A stretch of DNA of 64,000 nt from Mobula hypostoma (lineage: Eukaryota): NCBI RefSeq assembly GCF_963921235.1, contig NC_086097.1, forward strand, positions 198,588,001 through 198,652,000. The letters are read 5' to 3'. The notes beneath the pieces are model-generated. The model saw nothing but the letters and a program-made list of their open reading frames with translations. It was not told where the DNA came from and made no database searches. Shown here one piece after another: positions 37,700-51,560 of this stretch. The translations under genes were made by a program, and so were the position numbers. Numbering within the stretch: position 1 is the first letter of the stretch; every line of letters begins with the position of its first letter.

Positions 37700-40155
37700 A
37701 GAAGCATAGAAAGGTAGAAAAACTACAGCACAATACAGGCCTTTCAGCCCACAAAGCAGTGCTGAGCATGTCCTTACGTGAGAAATTACCTAGGGTTACC
37801 CATAGCCCTCTATTTTTGGGAGCTCCATATACCTGTCCAGGAGTTTCTTAAAAGACCCTATCGTATCCGTCTCCACCACCGTCACCGGCAGCCCATTCCA
37901 CACACTCACCACCTTCTGCATAAAAAGCTTACCCCTGATATCTCCTTTGTACCTACTTCCAAGCATCTTAAAACTATGCCCTCTCATACTAGCCACTTCA
38001 GCCCTGGGAAGAAGCCTCTGACTATCCACACGATCACTGCCTCTCATCATCTTATACACCTCTATCAGGTCATCTTTCATCCTCCGTCACTCCAAGAAAA
38101 AAAGGCCAAGTTCACTCAATGTATTCTCATAAGGCATGCTCCCCAATCCAGACAACATCCTTGTAAATCTCTTCTGCACCCTTTCTATGGTTTCCACATC
38201 CTTCCTATAGAGAGGCGACCAGAACTGAGCACACTACTCCGAGTAGGGTCTGACTAGAGTCCGATATAGCTGCAACATTACCTCTTGGCTCCGAAACTCA
38301 ATCCCATAATTGATGAAGGCCAATGCACCGTATGCTTTCTTAACTACAGAGTCAACCTGCACAGCAGCTTCGAGTGTCCTATGGACTTGGACCCCAAGAT
38401 CCCTCTGATCCTCCACACTGCCCAGAGTCTTCCCATTAATATTATATTCCATCATCATATTTGACCTACCAAAATGAACCGCCTCACACTTACCTGGGTT
38501 GAACTCTATCTGCCACTTCTCAGCCCAGTTTTGCATCCTATCAATGCCCCGCTGTAACCTCTGACAGCCCTCCATACTATCCACAACACCTCCAACCTTT
38601 GTGTCATCAGCAAATTTACTAAGCCATCCCTTCACTTCTTCATCCAGGTCATTTATAAAAATAATGAAGAGCAGAGGTCCCAGAACAGAGCCCTGAAACA
38701 CCCCACTGGTCACCGACCTCCATGCGGAATATGACTCGTCTACAAACACACTTTGCCTTCTGTGGGCAAGCCAGTTCTGGATCCGCAAAGCAATTTCCCC
38801 TTGGATCCCATGCCTCCTTACTTTCTTAATAAGCCTTTCATTGGCGGGAGGAGAAGATGGCGGCGCGACACAGCTCGCAGCTGCCACTCCGATGGTGATG
38901 TCTGATATCTGTCAAGTAGAGTGCTATGCACAATCCTGATTTGATGGAGACAGACATGAGAGCACGGAGGAACATCTGGTGAAACTTCTGAAATGCCTGC
39001 TTCGCTGCTGCTGCTACTGTGTGATCCAGAATCCCTGGAGGGGAAGGCCCCGAGTCCTCGGCTTTGTTTGTTGCTCGGCAGCCGGGGTGGGGTCGAAGTG
39101 CTCGGCAGAGGATGGTGCTCAGTGCTCGGTGTCGGAGGGCCGGTCGGAGGCTAAAAGTTTTTGGATGGACTCAGAGTCCACTGCGGTCGGGTGCTTCCAA
39201 TGGTGCTGCATCAGCAAGTTTGCAGCGCTTGGAGGTTCATGGCAGGGAGAGTTTCCCCCTTCTACCGTCTGCATAAGATGATGAGGCTATCGGAACTTTG
39301 AGACTTTTTTTACCGTGCCCATGGTCTGCTCTTTATCAAATTGTGGTATTGCTTTGCACTGTTGTAACTATATGTTATAATTATGTGGTTTTGTCAGTTT
39401 AGTCTTGGTTTGTCTTTGTGTTTCTTGTGATAACATTCTGGAGGAACATTGTACCATTTTTTAATGCATGCATTTCTAAATGACAATAAATGAGGACTGA
39501 GTGTCCTCATAATCTAATGGGGTACCTTGTCAAATGCCTTGCTGAAATCCATATACACTACACCTACTGCTCTTCTTTCATCAATGTGTTTAGTCACATC
39601 CTCAAAAAATTCAACCAGGCTTGTAAGGCATGACCTACCTTTCACAAAGCCATGCTGACTATTCCTAATCATATTATGCCTCTCCAAATGTTCATAAATC
39701 CTGCCTCTCAGGATCTTCTCCATCAACATACCAACCACTGAGGTAAGACTCACTGGTCTTTAATTTCCTGGGCTATCTCTACTCCCTTTCTTGAATAATG
39801 GAACAATCTCCGCAACCCTCCAATCCTCTAGAACCTCTCCCATTCCCATTGATGATGCAAAGATCATCACCAGAGGCTCAGCAATTTCTTCCCTCACCTC
39901 CCACAGTAACCTGGGGTACAACTCATCTCGTCCCAGTGACTTATCCAACTTGATGCTTTCCAAAAGCTCCTGCACATCCTCTTACTTAATATCTACATGC
40001 TCAAGCTTTTCAGTCCGCTGTAAGTCATCCCTGCAATCGTCCAGATTCTTTTCCATTGAGAATACTGAAGCAAAGTACTCATTAAGTACCTCTGCTATCT
40101 CCACTGGTTCCATACACACTTTTCCACTGTCACACTTAATTGGTCACATTCTCTC
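37700..40155 (-). mobile_element. CR1 5'-truncated copy interrupted by a family A element
   Basis: ORFs 37796-38080, 38234-38840 and 39514-39975 are CR1 RT pieces. Confidence 0.88.
38846..39518 (+). mobile_element. Non-autonomous retroelement family A, full length
   Basis: Colinear with 17639-18310. Confidence 0.85.
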
Positions 40156-42208
40156 ATGTCAAGGCTTATCTCTTTCAGAACCCTAGGGTTCAGTCCATCT
40201 GAATTATCTGCTTTCAGAACTTTCAGCTTCCAAAGTACCTTCTCCCTTGTAATAGCAGCTGCCCTCACTTTTACCCCCTCACACTCTCAAAAATCTGGCA
40301 CACTGCTGGTGTCTTCCACAGTGAAGACTGATACAAAATACTTACTAAGTTTGTCCATCATTTCTTTACCACCATTCCTACCCCTCAAGCATTATTTTAC
40401 AGTGGTCCAATATCCACTCTCACCTCTCTTTTACACTTTATATATCCTTTACTCTACTGTAACATGGATACCTCTGAACTTATCTCCTCTCTCTCTCAAA
40501 CTACAGTGTGAATTCTACCATATCATGATCACTGCTTCTTAAGAGTTCCTTTATCTGAAACTCCTTTATCAAATCTGTTTCATTGCACAATAGCCAATCA
40601 AGAAAAGTCTTTCCCGTAGTAATTCTACAAATTCCCTCTCTTGGAATCCAGCACCAACCTAATTTCCCCAATCTACCTGCATACTGAAATCTCCCAATGA
40701 TTATTGTAACATTTTTATATGCCTTTTCTATCTCCCAATGTAATTTGTATTCCAATCCTACCCCATTTCCTTTCTCCCTACCCTGCTTTTCTCTGAACGT
40801 TTTGTATTCATGAATATTGGGGGGGGGTACAATCCTGTCCTTTCATGATTTACCTTTTATTTGTTTTTTTCTACATCACAATTCCATGTGGCTTGTAGTT
40901 TCTGCATCATGCAATCATTATTCTCTACCCTCAGTGCATTTTTACATATAAGAATTCTAAACAATCATTGATTCTTAGTTTGATCGATGACTATTCTGCT
41001 TCGTGTTCTATCTCAGAGTCTCAGTTATTTCTACATCTTACTCCTCTTATTGCTGGTGTCTATTTCCTTGAAAATGTTAGTTAACGCTCCTCAGCTGCTT
41101 TAGTGAATTCAATTGACCCTGTTGACCATCTACTCAACTATTTGAACAGATCATTTCTGACCTAGAACTGGTCCCAACATCCATGAACATGAAAGCCATC
41201 TCCCTGCACCTTAGGCCACAAATTGCATCTTTACTAGTGAATGGAAGAAGGAACGATGTAGAAATTATTACATTGATGTCTACAATTTAATTTCTTCCCT
41301 ATATTCTGCATCTTCTTTCTCCCTGAGATATTGGTTCTGTTATTATTAGGACTTTACATCCCATATCATTATCCTGCTGCATATCTGCATCCTCCCTGCA
41401 GACCTCTTTATACTTGCACCAAGGAGGAAGCAGGCCATGATGGTTACCAAGTCATCTACAAGGAATGCATGTACGATGTTTGCTGAATTCTCTCATCCAG
41501 TATTTTGGATTATGGTGCAGTGCTCCAGACTACACTCTTGAATGTAACACCATCCCAACCAATCTCAAATGCTACCAATTTGAGTATGGACTGCACTCTG
41601 GTGATTCCTTCCCTTTTCCCTGAACATCCATCTCCTACCCTGTCGCCCTGGGGTAGGCACCTTCAGGAATTTATGGCCTAGGAGGCTTTCGGCCTGCTCT
41701 ATCCTCTGCAGTGGCTCCAGCTGCCCTTAAAACTTAGACACCCAGTGCCTGAGGTCAAAAGCTAGACGCACCTTCTCAAGAAACCCAGGACATGTGAAGT
41801 GTCACAAGGTTCCTGTATGGTATGGGAAATGCAAGCAATACAGATTCCCATTCTGCTCAATTTGAATTCTGTTTCATTGTTTTCATATTCATCAAAATTA
41901 AATCAAATCAAATCAAGTTTAGTTGTCATTCGAACAATACATGGCTACAACTAAATAAGACAGCGTTCATCTAGTTTATCACATGCAAAAAATTATGATA
42001 CACATTTCTAAGTATCATATTATATCCAAAACTTATTTTTAACTAACATCATATCATTTTGATACTTTGGTATTAAGCCCATGTTATCTTTAAGCATATG
42101 ATTTCATTTGCCCAGAATAAGCCTAAGAATCTTTTGTATGTTGAGTATAGTAATAAAGTATAATTCCTATTGGAATAAAGACAAGATTTATTTATTATAC
42201 TAAGATAC

Positions 42209-42277
42209 CAGCTCCTGATTCATTATTTAAGAAGAATTGTTCTATAAATACCATAGGGATGAGTAGCACAGTGTGTT
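42209..42277 (-). CDS. Candidate exon, 69 nt, phase 1 to 1 (HTVLLIPMVFIEQFFLNNESGA)
   Basis: Strong acceptor tttgctgttccttag|, moderate donor CTG|gtatct, open frame, unique sequence. Confidence 0.3.
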
Positions 42278-42689
42278 CTAAGGAACAGCAAATGTTCTTT
42301 TTTCTACAAGTGCCTTTTCTGTTTTAGGACTACTTTGAAAATCAATTGCAGCATGGAAACATTTTGGCAAAGACCAGCAATTATTGCTCTTTGTAATTTC
42401 CTTTGAGAAAGTGGGAGTGAGTCACATTCCTTCTAGTAAAGGAATGGTAAAGGAACTCACACAGAATACCAGGATTTAAATCCAATGAAAATGAAGTAAT
42501 GGTGATTTGTTTTCAATTTAGGATTATTTGTGACCTGAAGGGAACCTACAGGTGAAGGTGCTCCCACGTATCGGCTGCCTTTCCTTATGATCTGGAAGGA
42601 AGCCATTCTGACTATCGGGTCAGTGCCATTTCTCATCAGTCCCATTCCCTCTGCCTTATTTTCACTTTCATGTCTATCAATTTGCCTCT

Positions 42690-42910
42690 AATTCTCCCTG
42701 CCATTCATTTCCACTAGGGGTAACTCACATTAGCTTCTTAACCCATCAACTAACACATCATTGGGATATTGTAGGAAACCAGAATACCAGAGCCAACTGG
42801 TCAAAAGGAGAGCATGCAAATTCCACTTGCTCAGAACCAATGATTGGGATGAACCCTGGGTTGCTGAGCAGGGAGACAGCAGCAGTCCTCTTCTCACTAC
42901 TGTACCACTT
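42690..42910 (-). mobile_element. Degenerate V-SINE-like element
   Basis: taggaaaccagaatacc...gagagcatgcaaattccac block. Confidence 0.5.
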
Positions 42911-42999
42911 TTTTCCTGGTCTGGGGGGTTCTGACATGGTAGACCACACAAATAAGTGAAATGCATTTGAAGCAGGAAAATCTTGCAATGGAGAAGCAC

Positions 43000-43850
43000 A
43001 ATATCTGCACAGGGTTACATGAGTTCAGTGTACAGCTCCTCAACCTTTCAGTAAGTGCCATTATCCAAGCTCATGCTTGGGCATACTAAACTTATCTACT
43101 TGCCGAGTCTCTGTCTGGCTATGTCATGGAGAAGGTAGTTGCTTTCTTAATAGCCTAAACTCAATCCTCTTGGTATCAACACAGTTAAGGATCCTGCAGT
43201 TGGTAATTTTTTTGTCACTTGATGTGCATTATAAGACTATTGGAGGTGGATTTAGTCAAGCTGCTGAAGATAATGACCGAAATACATTGACAACTGAAAT
43301 CCACCCACGTAGAATAGTGGTAATGACTACATCCTTATAAATTTGCAGTGTTGTTGTCAGGTTGATCCCCATCGCTTACAGACATGCTTTTTTCAATCCT
43401 TTGCATGAAGAACCTGTGCTCTTGATGTGACAGAGCATTTCACTCTGTATTAGGACATCATTTGACAACCTGCCAGTGTGCCAATTGATAACATTCAGTG
43501 TAGTATTGCCAATAATTATTTGGCTAGGTGTCATACTTCTTTGAGACTGGCTGATAGATGATGTTTTGTGTTTCCTCAGATGATGATAAGGTGGTAGCCC
43601 TTTAATGCTCTGCCAAGCTTGTTGATAATGAATGGCAGACCAATACCAGTGCTCTCTGGGGTGCAGTTATCTAAAAACTGAAGCTCAGTTATGAATTTCT
43701 CTGTAATCTTTTTTTTTCGAGTTGATAAGCTTTTGAGATGTGTGGATACATATATTAACATCGGGCCTCTTTTGTCATGAAGCATAGCCCGAACTGAAGC
43801 ACTAGCTGCAAGCACAGATTGTAGCTTAAATCTATCGGTGGCGGTGAATG
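43000..43850 (-). mobile_element. Old RTE/BovB-like LINE RT remnant
   Basis: HLKSLSTRKKKITEKFITELQFLDNC...IINKLGRA resembles the RTE LRAKTK..IRELQYADDC region. Confidence 0.55.
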
Positions 43851-44099
43851 CTTATTTGCATTGTGAGTCTTGTGTGAAATGTGGATGGATCTCACAAGCC
43901 AAGAATCTGCAGATGCTGGAAATCTGAAATGAAACCAGAAAATGCTGGAAAGAGTCAGAAGTCAAACTACACTAGCAGAAGGAGAAACATTGTTCACATC
44001 TTAACTCAATAATCTTTCATCAGGATTAGGAAAAGTTAGAATTCAAGCATCTATACTAGACCTTGTTTCAGACATATTTGGGATTTTTAACAGTTCTAG

Positions 44100-44630
44100 T
44101 CATCACAATGCAGAATCAATGTGGGAGTGCTCAAAAGATTTCAGAACAGATTCATCAGGATATTGCCTAAAATGAATGACTTTAGTTAGGAGAAATGGGA
44201 TAGGCTGGGATGGATCTCACTGGAGCACAGGAGACTGACTAGTGACTTTATAGAGGTTTATAAAATTTTGAAGGGCATAGATAGGATAGATAGGCATAGT
44301 TTTTTCCCTAATGGTAGGGTTTTCTAAAATTAGATTACATAGCTTTATTTTAAAAGGGGAAATATATAATAGAGCTCCGATGGACAAGTTTTTCACACAT
44401 TATATTGAACAAACTGGCAGAGGAAGTAGTAGAGGCAGGTATAATCATGGTGTTTACCAAGCATTTGGACAGATACGTGGATTGGAAAAGAATAGAGAGA
44501 TATGGGCCAGGTGCAGGAAAATGGATTAGCATAGGTAGACATTGCCATTGGCATGAATAAGTTGGTCTGAAGGGCTTGATTCCATGCTGTACAGTTCCAT
44601 GACTCTTCCATGACAAGGATAATATTCCTT
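44100..44630 (+). mobile_element. Degenerate CR1 3' end
   Basis: GDLIEVYK-type C-terminus and 3'UTR. Confidence 0.8.
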
Positions 44631-45177
44631 TTGTCTTCATCTTTCATCCCACCAGACTCCACATTAAACTGATGGCTTTCCATATTTCTGATGAGGTTCC
44701 ATGTGATGCTTCCACCAGATGCCTCTTCCCTGCACTCCCTATTCAAGATTCTGAAAGGACCATTCCATTTACAGCCCTGCTTTACTCCTCAGCCTCCATC
44801 AACACTCATTGCTCTTCAACCCCATGAGATGTGACACTTAAACTTTTCTCTTCACTTCCCACCATAACTTTCTCCTCCCTTTTTATCCCCTTCTATTCAT
44901 ATATCCTCCGATTTAAACTTTCACCCTCTTTAATCTGGCACTAATACATTTTGTACAATTCAATCTCTCTTGGTTTCCACTCTATCAAGGCATTCTCTTT
45001 ATTCTCTCCACTGTTCCCTCTTCACTGCAAGTTAAAACACATTTGATTTCAGTTTCTGGTTCTGCTGAAAGGATGATGAACCGATATGTTACCTGATGGC
45101 AAACTTCAATCTGCACACAAACTTGGACAGTAATGTTTATAGAGCAGGCTATCAAACACAAGACTTGGTATAAACAA

Positions 45178-45385
45178 CACACACAAAATGCTGGAGGATC
45201 TCAGCAGGCCAGGCAGCATCTATGGAAAAGAGAAAAGTCGACATTTTGAGCCGAGACCTTTCAGCAGGTTGAAGTGTCGAATGTACTCTTTTCTATAGGT
45301 GATGCCTGGCCTGCTGAGTTCCTCCAGTATTTTGTGTGCGTTACTTGGATTTCCAGCATCTGCAGATTTTCTCTTGTTTGTGCTC
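45178..45385. mobile_element. PLE-derived fold-back element (hammerhead decayed)
   Basis: Inverted arms. 11-bp TSD GGTATAAACAA at 45167-45177 and 45386-45396. Confidence 0.85.
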
Positions 45386-46254
45386 GGTATAAACAATTTA
45401 CAGTTCCTATTATCATTTCTCTTAAAATCAGCTGACGAAGAAAATCATCTCAGTAAAAAAGCAATATGCTGCAATATTTTATTGTCCCTTTTTCTGGACT
45501 AATGTCTAAGATATGTTGAAGTAGCAGATTGATATGCACCTTAAAATAATTTACAACACATAAAAAATAGCAAAGCTCCACAATACTTGCTGGAGTTGCT
45601 CTTCTTTCCATTCTACTCACAGAAGGTAATAATTTAGGTTTCATTGAGCAGTGGCATTTCTCCAGATGTCAGGCTGATCACTGAGAGTCATATTGCCAAA
45701 CATGTACTTCACCACAGAGATCCAATCTGGTTCTCGCGTTTTACCTGTCCGAATTGCTTTAATCATAGAATCATAAAAATCGTTTGATGCAGAAGGAAGC
45801 CATTTGCTCCATTTTATCCATGCTGATTGAGAAGAGCTCTCCAGCCTAATTTCACTTTCCAGCATTTGCACTACATTATAGATTATTAGAATCAGAGACA
45901 TGTTTATTACCACTGTCTTATATGATCTGAAATTTATTCTTTTTGAAACATTTATATAATACTTAAGTTAATTTCCTGGTACTTTTAAAATGTGATGAGG
46001 GTTTCCACATTTAACATCGTTCCAAGAGCAATTTCTAACTGCACTCCACGTTATTAGTAAAAGAAAGCGCAACCTTCTAATGCTTCTACCAATTACTTAG
46101 ATCCATGGCCCCTAGACATTCCACAATTCTGTATATTTACCTCAGCCCCTTTATTTTATATAGCACAGTTAACTCTCCCATCTACATGTTCTGTTCCAAA
46201 GAAAAGAACCCCAAATTATCCAATATTTTCACATAGCTAAAAATTTTTAGAATT

Positions 46255-49200
46255 TTAAGCCCATGAGATATAAGAGCAGAATTAGGACATTTGGCCCATT
46301 GGGTCTGCTCTGCAATTTCACCATAGCTGATTTATTATCCTTCTCAATTTCATTCTCATGCCTTCTCCCTGTAGCCTTCGACACCCTGACTAATTTGTGT
46401 TTCAAATATACTCAAAAACCTGGCCTTCACAGGTGCCTGTGGCAGTAGATTCCACAGATTCACTACCCTCTGGCTAAAGAAATTCCTCCTCATCTATATT
46501 CTAAATAGGTGTTCCTCTAGTCTGAGGCTGTGCCCGCTGATCCTAGACTGATCCACTAAGGAAACATCCTCTCCACATCCCCTCTATCTGGAACTTTTGA
46601 TATTTGATAGGTTTCAAAGAGATACCCCTCATTCTTCTCATCGCCAGCAAATACAGGTCCAGAGCCATCGAACACTCCTCACAGATTAACTCTTTCATTC
46701 CCAGAATCATTCTTGTGAACTTCCTCTGGACCCTCTCCAATGCCAGCACATCTTTTCTTTGATAAATGGCCCAGAAATACTCACAATACTCCAACTGTGG
46801 TCAGATTAATGCCTTTTAAAGCTTCAGCATTACACTTTTGATTTTATGTTCCAGTCCTCTCAAAATGAATGCCAGTATTGTATTTGCTTTCCTTACCACC
46901 ACTTCAACACACAGAACACAGAACGGTGGCCTGAAATTTATCCTTTAGGGAATCCTACACAAGGACTCCCGAGTCCCTTTGCAGCTTAGATTTTTGTATT
47001 TTCTCCACGTTTAGAAATTAGTCATCATACAAAAGTGCATGACCACAGACTTCCCTACACTATATTCCCTCTGCCACTTCTTTGCCCATTCTCCCATTCT
47101 GTCTAAGTCCTTCTGCTGACTCCTTGCTTCCTCAACACTACTTGCCCATCCACCTATCAACTGCAAACTTCGTCACAAATTTGTCAGGCAAGGTTTTCCC
47201 TTACGGGAACCATGCCAACTTTGGCCTATTTTATCATGTGCCTCCAAGTAGCATGAAACCACATCCTTAACAATCACCTCCAACATCTTTCCAAGCACTG
47301 AGTTCATGACTGGCCTATAATTTCCTTTCTCCTGCCTCCCTCCCTTCTTAATGAGTGGAGTGATATTTGTAATTTTCCAGACCTCCAGAACTATTCCAGA
47401 ATCTAGTGAGTCTTAAAAGATCATTACTAATGCCTCCATAATCTCTTCATCTATCTCTTTCAGAACCCTGGGGTGCAGCTTATCTGGTCCAAGTGATTCA
47501 TCTACCTTCAGACCTTTCATCTTCCCAAGCTTCTTCCCATACGTATCCATAGTAAAAGCAACAACACTTACTTCTGCCCACTGAGACTCTCGAACTCCTG
47601 GCATACTGTTAGTGTCTTCCATAGTGAAGACTGATGCAAAATACCAATTAGGTTCCTGCACCTTTTCTTTGTCTCCCTTTACTATCTCTCCAACGTCATT
47701 TTCCAACAATTCATTATCCACTCTCGCTTCTCTTTTACCCTCTATATATTTGAAAAAACTTTTGTTATCCTTTTATTTTTATTGGCTGTTTTCCCTTTAT
47801 ATTTCATCTTTTCTCACCTTATAGCTCTTTAGTTGCCATCTGTTGGTTTTTAAAAGCTTCCCAATCCTCTAGTTTCCTACTATTTTTGCTATATTATATA
47901 CCCTCTCTTTAGTTTTCATGCTGTCTTTGACTTCCTTTGTCAGCCACGGTTGTTAAATCCTCCCTTTAGGATACAGTTTCATATTTGGGATGTATCTACT
48001 CTGCACCTTCTGAATTGTCCCCAGAAACTCCTGCCATTGTTGTTCTGCCATCATCCCCGCTAGTGTCCCCTTCCAATCAACTTTGGCCAGCTCCTCTCTC
48101 ATGTCTCTGTAATTGGCTTTACTCCTCCTTAAAACTGATACACCTGACTTTATCTTCTCCCTCTTAAACTACAGTGTGAATTATATCATATTATGATCAT
48201 TGCTTCCGAAGGGATCCGTATGGACCTTAAGCTCCCTAATCAAATCATTACACAACAAGCTGCTCTAAAATGCTATCTTGTAGGCATTCTACAAATTCTC
48301 TCTCTTGGGATCCAGTACCAACTTGATTTTTCAAATCTACATGCATATTAAAATCCCCCATATCATAACATTGCCCTTTTTACATTCCTTTTCAATGGCG
48401 CCTAACGGTAACTTCTTTGCTTGCTTCTTTGGAAACAGCTCAATTTCTATCTCTATTTTTCCCTTTCAGGGTTCTTTTGAAGACCCTGACCTGGAGTGAC
48501 ACACTGACTTCGGTTCTTTGCGGGAATGGGACCCGCTCTCGGGCTTTCACGACTGGCTGTTATTCAGCACTCCAAGTACACAGCCTAAGAGCTTAGCTCG
48601 CCTTCAGAGGTCCAAGATTTCGTGGCTCTGGAGACGGGGGGGATCGGAGGTCGGTGACCAGGCAGGAGTTTGGTGCGTCGTTGTGGGAGTTGGAAGATCT
48701 AAGTGAGAGACCCAAGATCTTTGGGCACAGAGCTTGGAAAAAGCGGCGCAACAGACTTTTAACATTGTAAACCAGTAGGTTGTTTGTTATGTCTCCCCTC
48801 TCACTGTAAAATGGAGACACCTCTTTTTCCCTTATTAGGGAGAGAGTGAGCCTGTGGTATGTCGAATACTGGGTGAATGAGTAGTCTTTGGAGTACTGCA
48901 CGTCTGTGTCTTTGCTGTTGCTTTGCTTGCGCTTGAGTGCTCGGTGGCGGGTGCTGATGCTTTTTTTTGCCAGTTGGAGGAGGGGGCATCATTGCTTGCT
49001 GCCACTTACATGCAGGAGGGAGGAGAGCTGGGAGGGAAACTTTGGGGTTCTAACATTTAAGTGTCATCCATTCTTTGGGGGCATTCCTCTGTTTTCATGG
49101 ATGGCTGTGAAGAAAAGACATTTCAGGATGCATATTGTATACATTTCTCGAACGTCAAATGTACCTTTGAATCCTTTTCTTTCTCCTATTGTAATTTGTA

Positions 49201-49600
49201 TCCCACATTCTGGCTACTATTTGGAGGTCTGTGGATGTTAAGCTCCCAACTATCATCTTCTTTCAGGCACAACTCAGTGATGCCCACAACATAGTACCTG
49301 CGACAAGAACATCTTCCTTATTCCATATACTGGGTGCATTCATATATAACATATTCAGCCAGTATTGCTTATCTTTTTTTGTTTTTTCCTATGTTACAAT
49401 TCAACTCATCCCATTGACTACAATGTTGCCCTATTATCCGCCTGTCCCTTCTTACGGTCTCACCACACACTGGATCCAGTTATATACCAATTGTCCCATC
49501 CTCAGCCCCATCATTCTGGTTCCCTTGCACTCCTTCCGTACAAGCATATATTTCCTGCAATGTGACATACAGATTTGTACACAGTAGTCCACCTTTGGCT
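46255..49600 (-). mobile_element. Degenerate CR1 with internal deletions, interrupted by a family B element
   Basis: ORFs 46543-46794 and 47413-47721 are CR1 ORF2 pieces. Confidence 0.82.
48394..49171 (+). mobile_element. Non-autonomous element family B (~780 bp)
   Basis: 8-bp TSD TCCTTTTC at 48386-48393 and 49172-49179. Begins AATGGCG. No coding similarity seen. Confidence 0.8.
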
Positions 49601-49638
49601 AATCTCCATCTTTATATTTTATCCTTTACAAATGAAGG

Positions 49639-49996
49639 ACTACTACTACTATGTCGACTCAGGCCTAGGGGGCCGGCGTCAGGCACGATGACGGACTCTC
49701 AACTTCTCCCTCTCCCTCATCAGTGTGTTCAGTTCATCTACATTAGCTGCGCCGCTGTCTTCTAGGAGCGTGTTGACCATAGTCTTGGGAGAGCGCCCAA
49801 GGTTCATCCTCCCGTGCTTGGGCTCCCATGTGATGACTAGGCTGGCAGGTAGCTCGGGGTGGCGTAGACAGTGCCCCGCTAGTTGCAGTCTTCTCCCCTC
49901 GATTTTAGTGGTGAGCATCGGTAGGTTGTTATAGAGCTCGATGTTCGTCATGTGCTGTTGCCAACTCACGTCAAGGGCCATCCGGAGCATTCATGT
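49639..49996 (-). mobile_element. Second copy of the (TAG)n-tailed RTE-type LINE
   Basis: Highly similar to 15357-15725; LAGHCLRHPELPASLV motif. Confidence 0.9.
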
Positions 49997-50249
49997 GAAT
50001 CCTTATTGTGTTTAACGGTCTTTTTCTTATCTGTTTGCCACTTTCAGTGACTTCTGGACATGCTTCCATCATTTATATTCTTAAGTGCTTGAGAGTGCTC
50101 TTAGATATCCTTGAGAATTTGAAAGATGCTAAATAAGTGCAGATTTTTTGGAAGGGACTTGCAACACTCCATTTGGACTGCCATCCCCAACATTGTCAAC
50201 AGATTTGCTTACATTGTGGTGTTGTTGTTGTTTGGCAAACTAATCTCGA

Positions 50250-51560
50250 CTTGGTAGAGGCTGAACCTCAGCTTTCAGAAACCTCCTTGTAGCTCCTCAT
50301 ATTTTTTGCCCCAGCCACTTACCTTATTTTCTCAAGGGATTTTCCCTCCAGAACTTTCAGCCTTATAATCTCCAACAATTCACACCTTGCTTCTTCCTGC
50401 TAGTCAGGATCCACAAGTAAGGCTTTCCAGGTAAATTCATTGTTACAGCCTGCACTTGATCTCCTAAAATTTCCTACTTCAGTCTGTGATACACATAATG
50501 CCCTCAGCCATTTTGACTATTTCCAGTTTTCTTATTCTAGTCAGTTCAATTTCTCCATCAACCTCTAATTTCTGTATACCTTCATCTCTCACCAAGGTGG
50601 TATGAGGGCACTTCAAATCTTCCTTCAAATGAGGTCCAACAAATTCCCTCCAACAATACACCCCTTCTCCTGACCAAACTCATTCTTATATAGAACAATT
50701 TGTCTTACAGTTCTGTTCAATGTTTCCAAGTCGAAAATATATCTATGCAAACTGACGCACACTCACCTATGCCTATTTTGTTAGCTTTGTAAATAGTCTT
50801 TGTTCTTGTCCTGTTCAAGCCTCCTCCACCACCTTTTCCCATTACGTTGATGATTGTATTGCTGTTGCTTCCTGCATTTGAAAAAAAATTATTACCTTTG
50901 CTGCTGACTTTCACCCTGTTTTCAATTTAACACCATCTGTATCTGACTAGCAATTTCTTTGGCCATGTCTGCCTCCATCTCAGGAGATAGGTTACAAGCC
51001 TACAGCCTCTCAAGGCTATCACTACTATACCTCCTCCCATACTATTTTCTGTAAAGTCTCCACTCCATTCTCTCATTTTCTCTTTCTCCATTGTGAATGA
51101 TGATGTGATTTTCCACATGGATACAGTTGAGATGTTTGCCTTTCCTTTCATCTCAATCATAATTGGCAGGACTTTTAATCACATTTCCTCCATTTCCTGC
51201 ATCTCAGTTAGACCCTCTCTCTTCCCCCCAGCCAGGTCAATGATGAGGTTCCCCTTGTCCTTCCTTTCCACTTCAACAACCTGCACATTGAATAGATCAT
51301 TTTGCATAAATTCTGCCATTGTCAATGAGATTCCACTTGACACTTCTTACCCTTTCCTGGGACCACTCTGTCCATGAATCATTCTTTCAGCTCCTCCACA
51401 AACACTCCTCTTCTCACGATCTTTTCCATACAACTGTGAAAGATGCATATCTGGCATTTTCCTCGTCCCATCATCTGGGGTACACACAGTCCTTTCTAAT
51501 GTAACATAAAATCCGATTTGCTTCCTGTTTCGGGTTTCCAGCATCTGCAGTGTTTTGCTT
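50250..51560 (+). mobile_element. Highly degenerate Penelope-like RT/EN remnant
   Basis: HK..PG..IV.AC-like and YVDDCI-like remnants. Ends in tttccagcatctgcag, the pLTR motif. Confidence 0.6.

Larger units (their letters stand above)
32285..40800 (-). mobile_element. Degenerate CR1 fragmented by nested PLE, Rex1 and CR1 insertions
   Basis: CR1 3' end at 32285-33270 resumes at 36925-37700 and 40160-40800. Confidence 0.7.
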
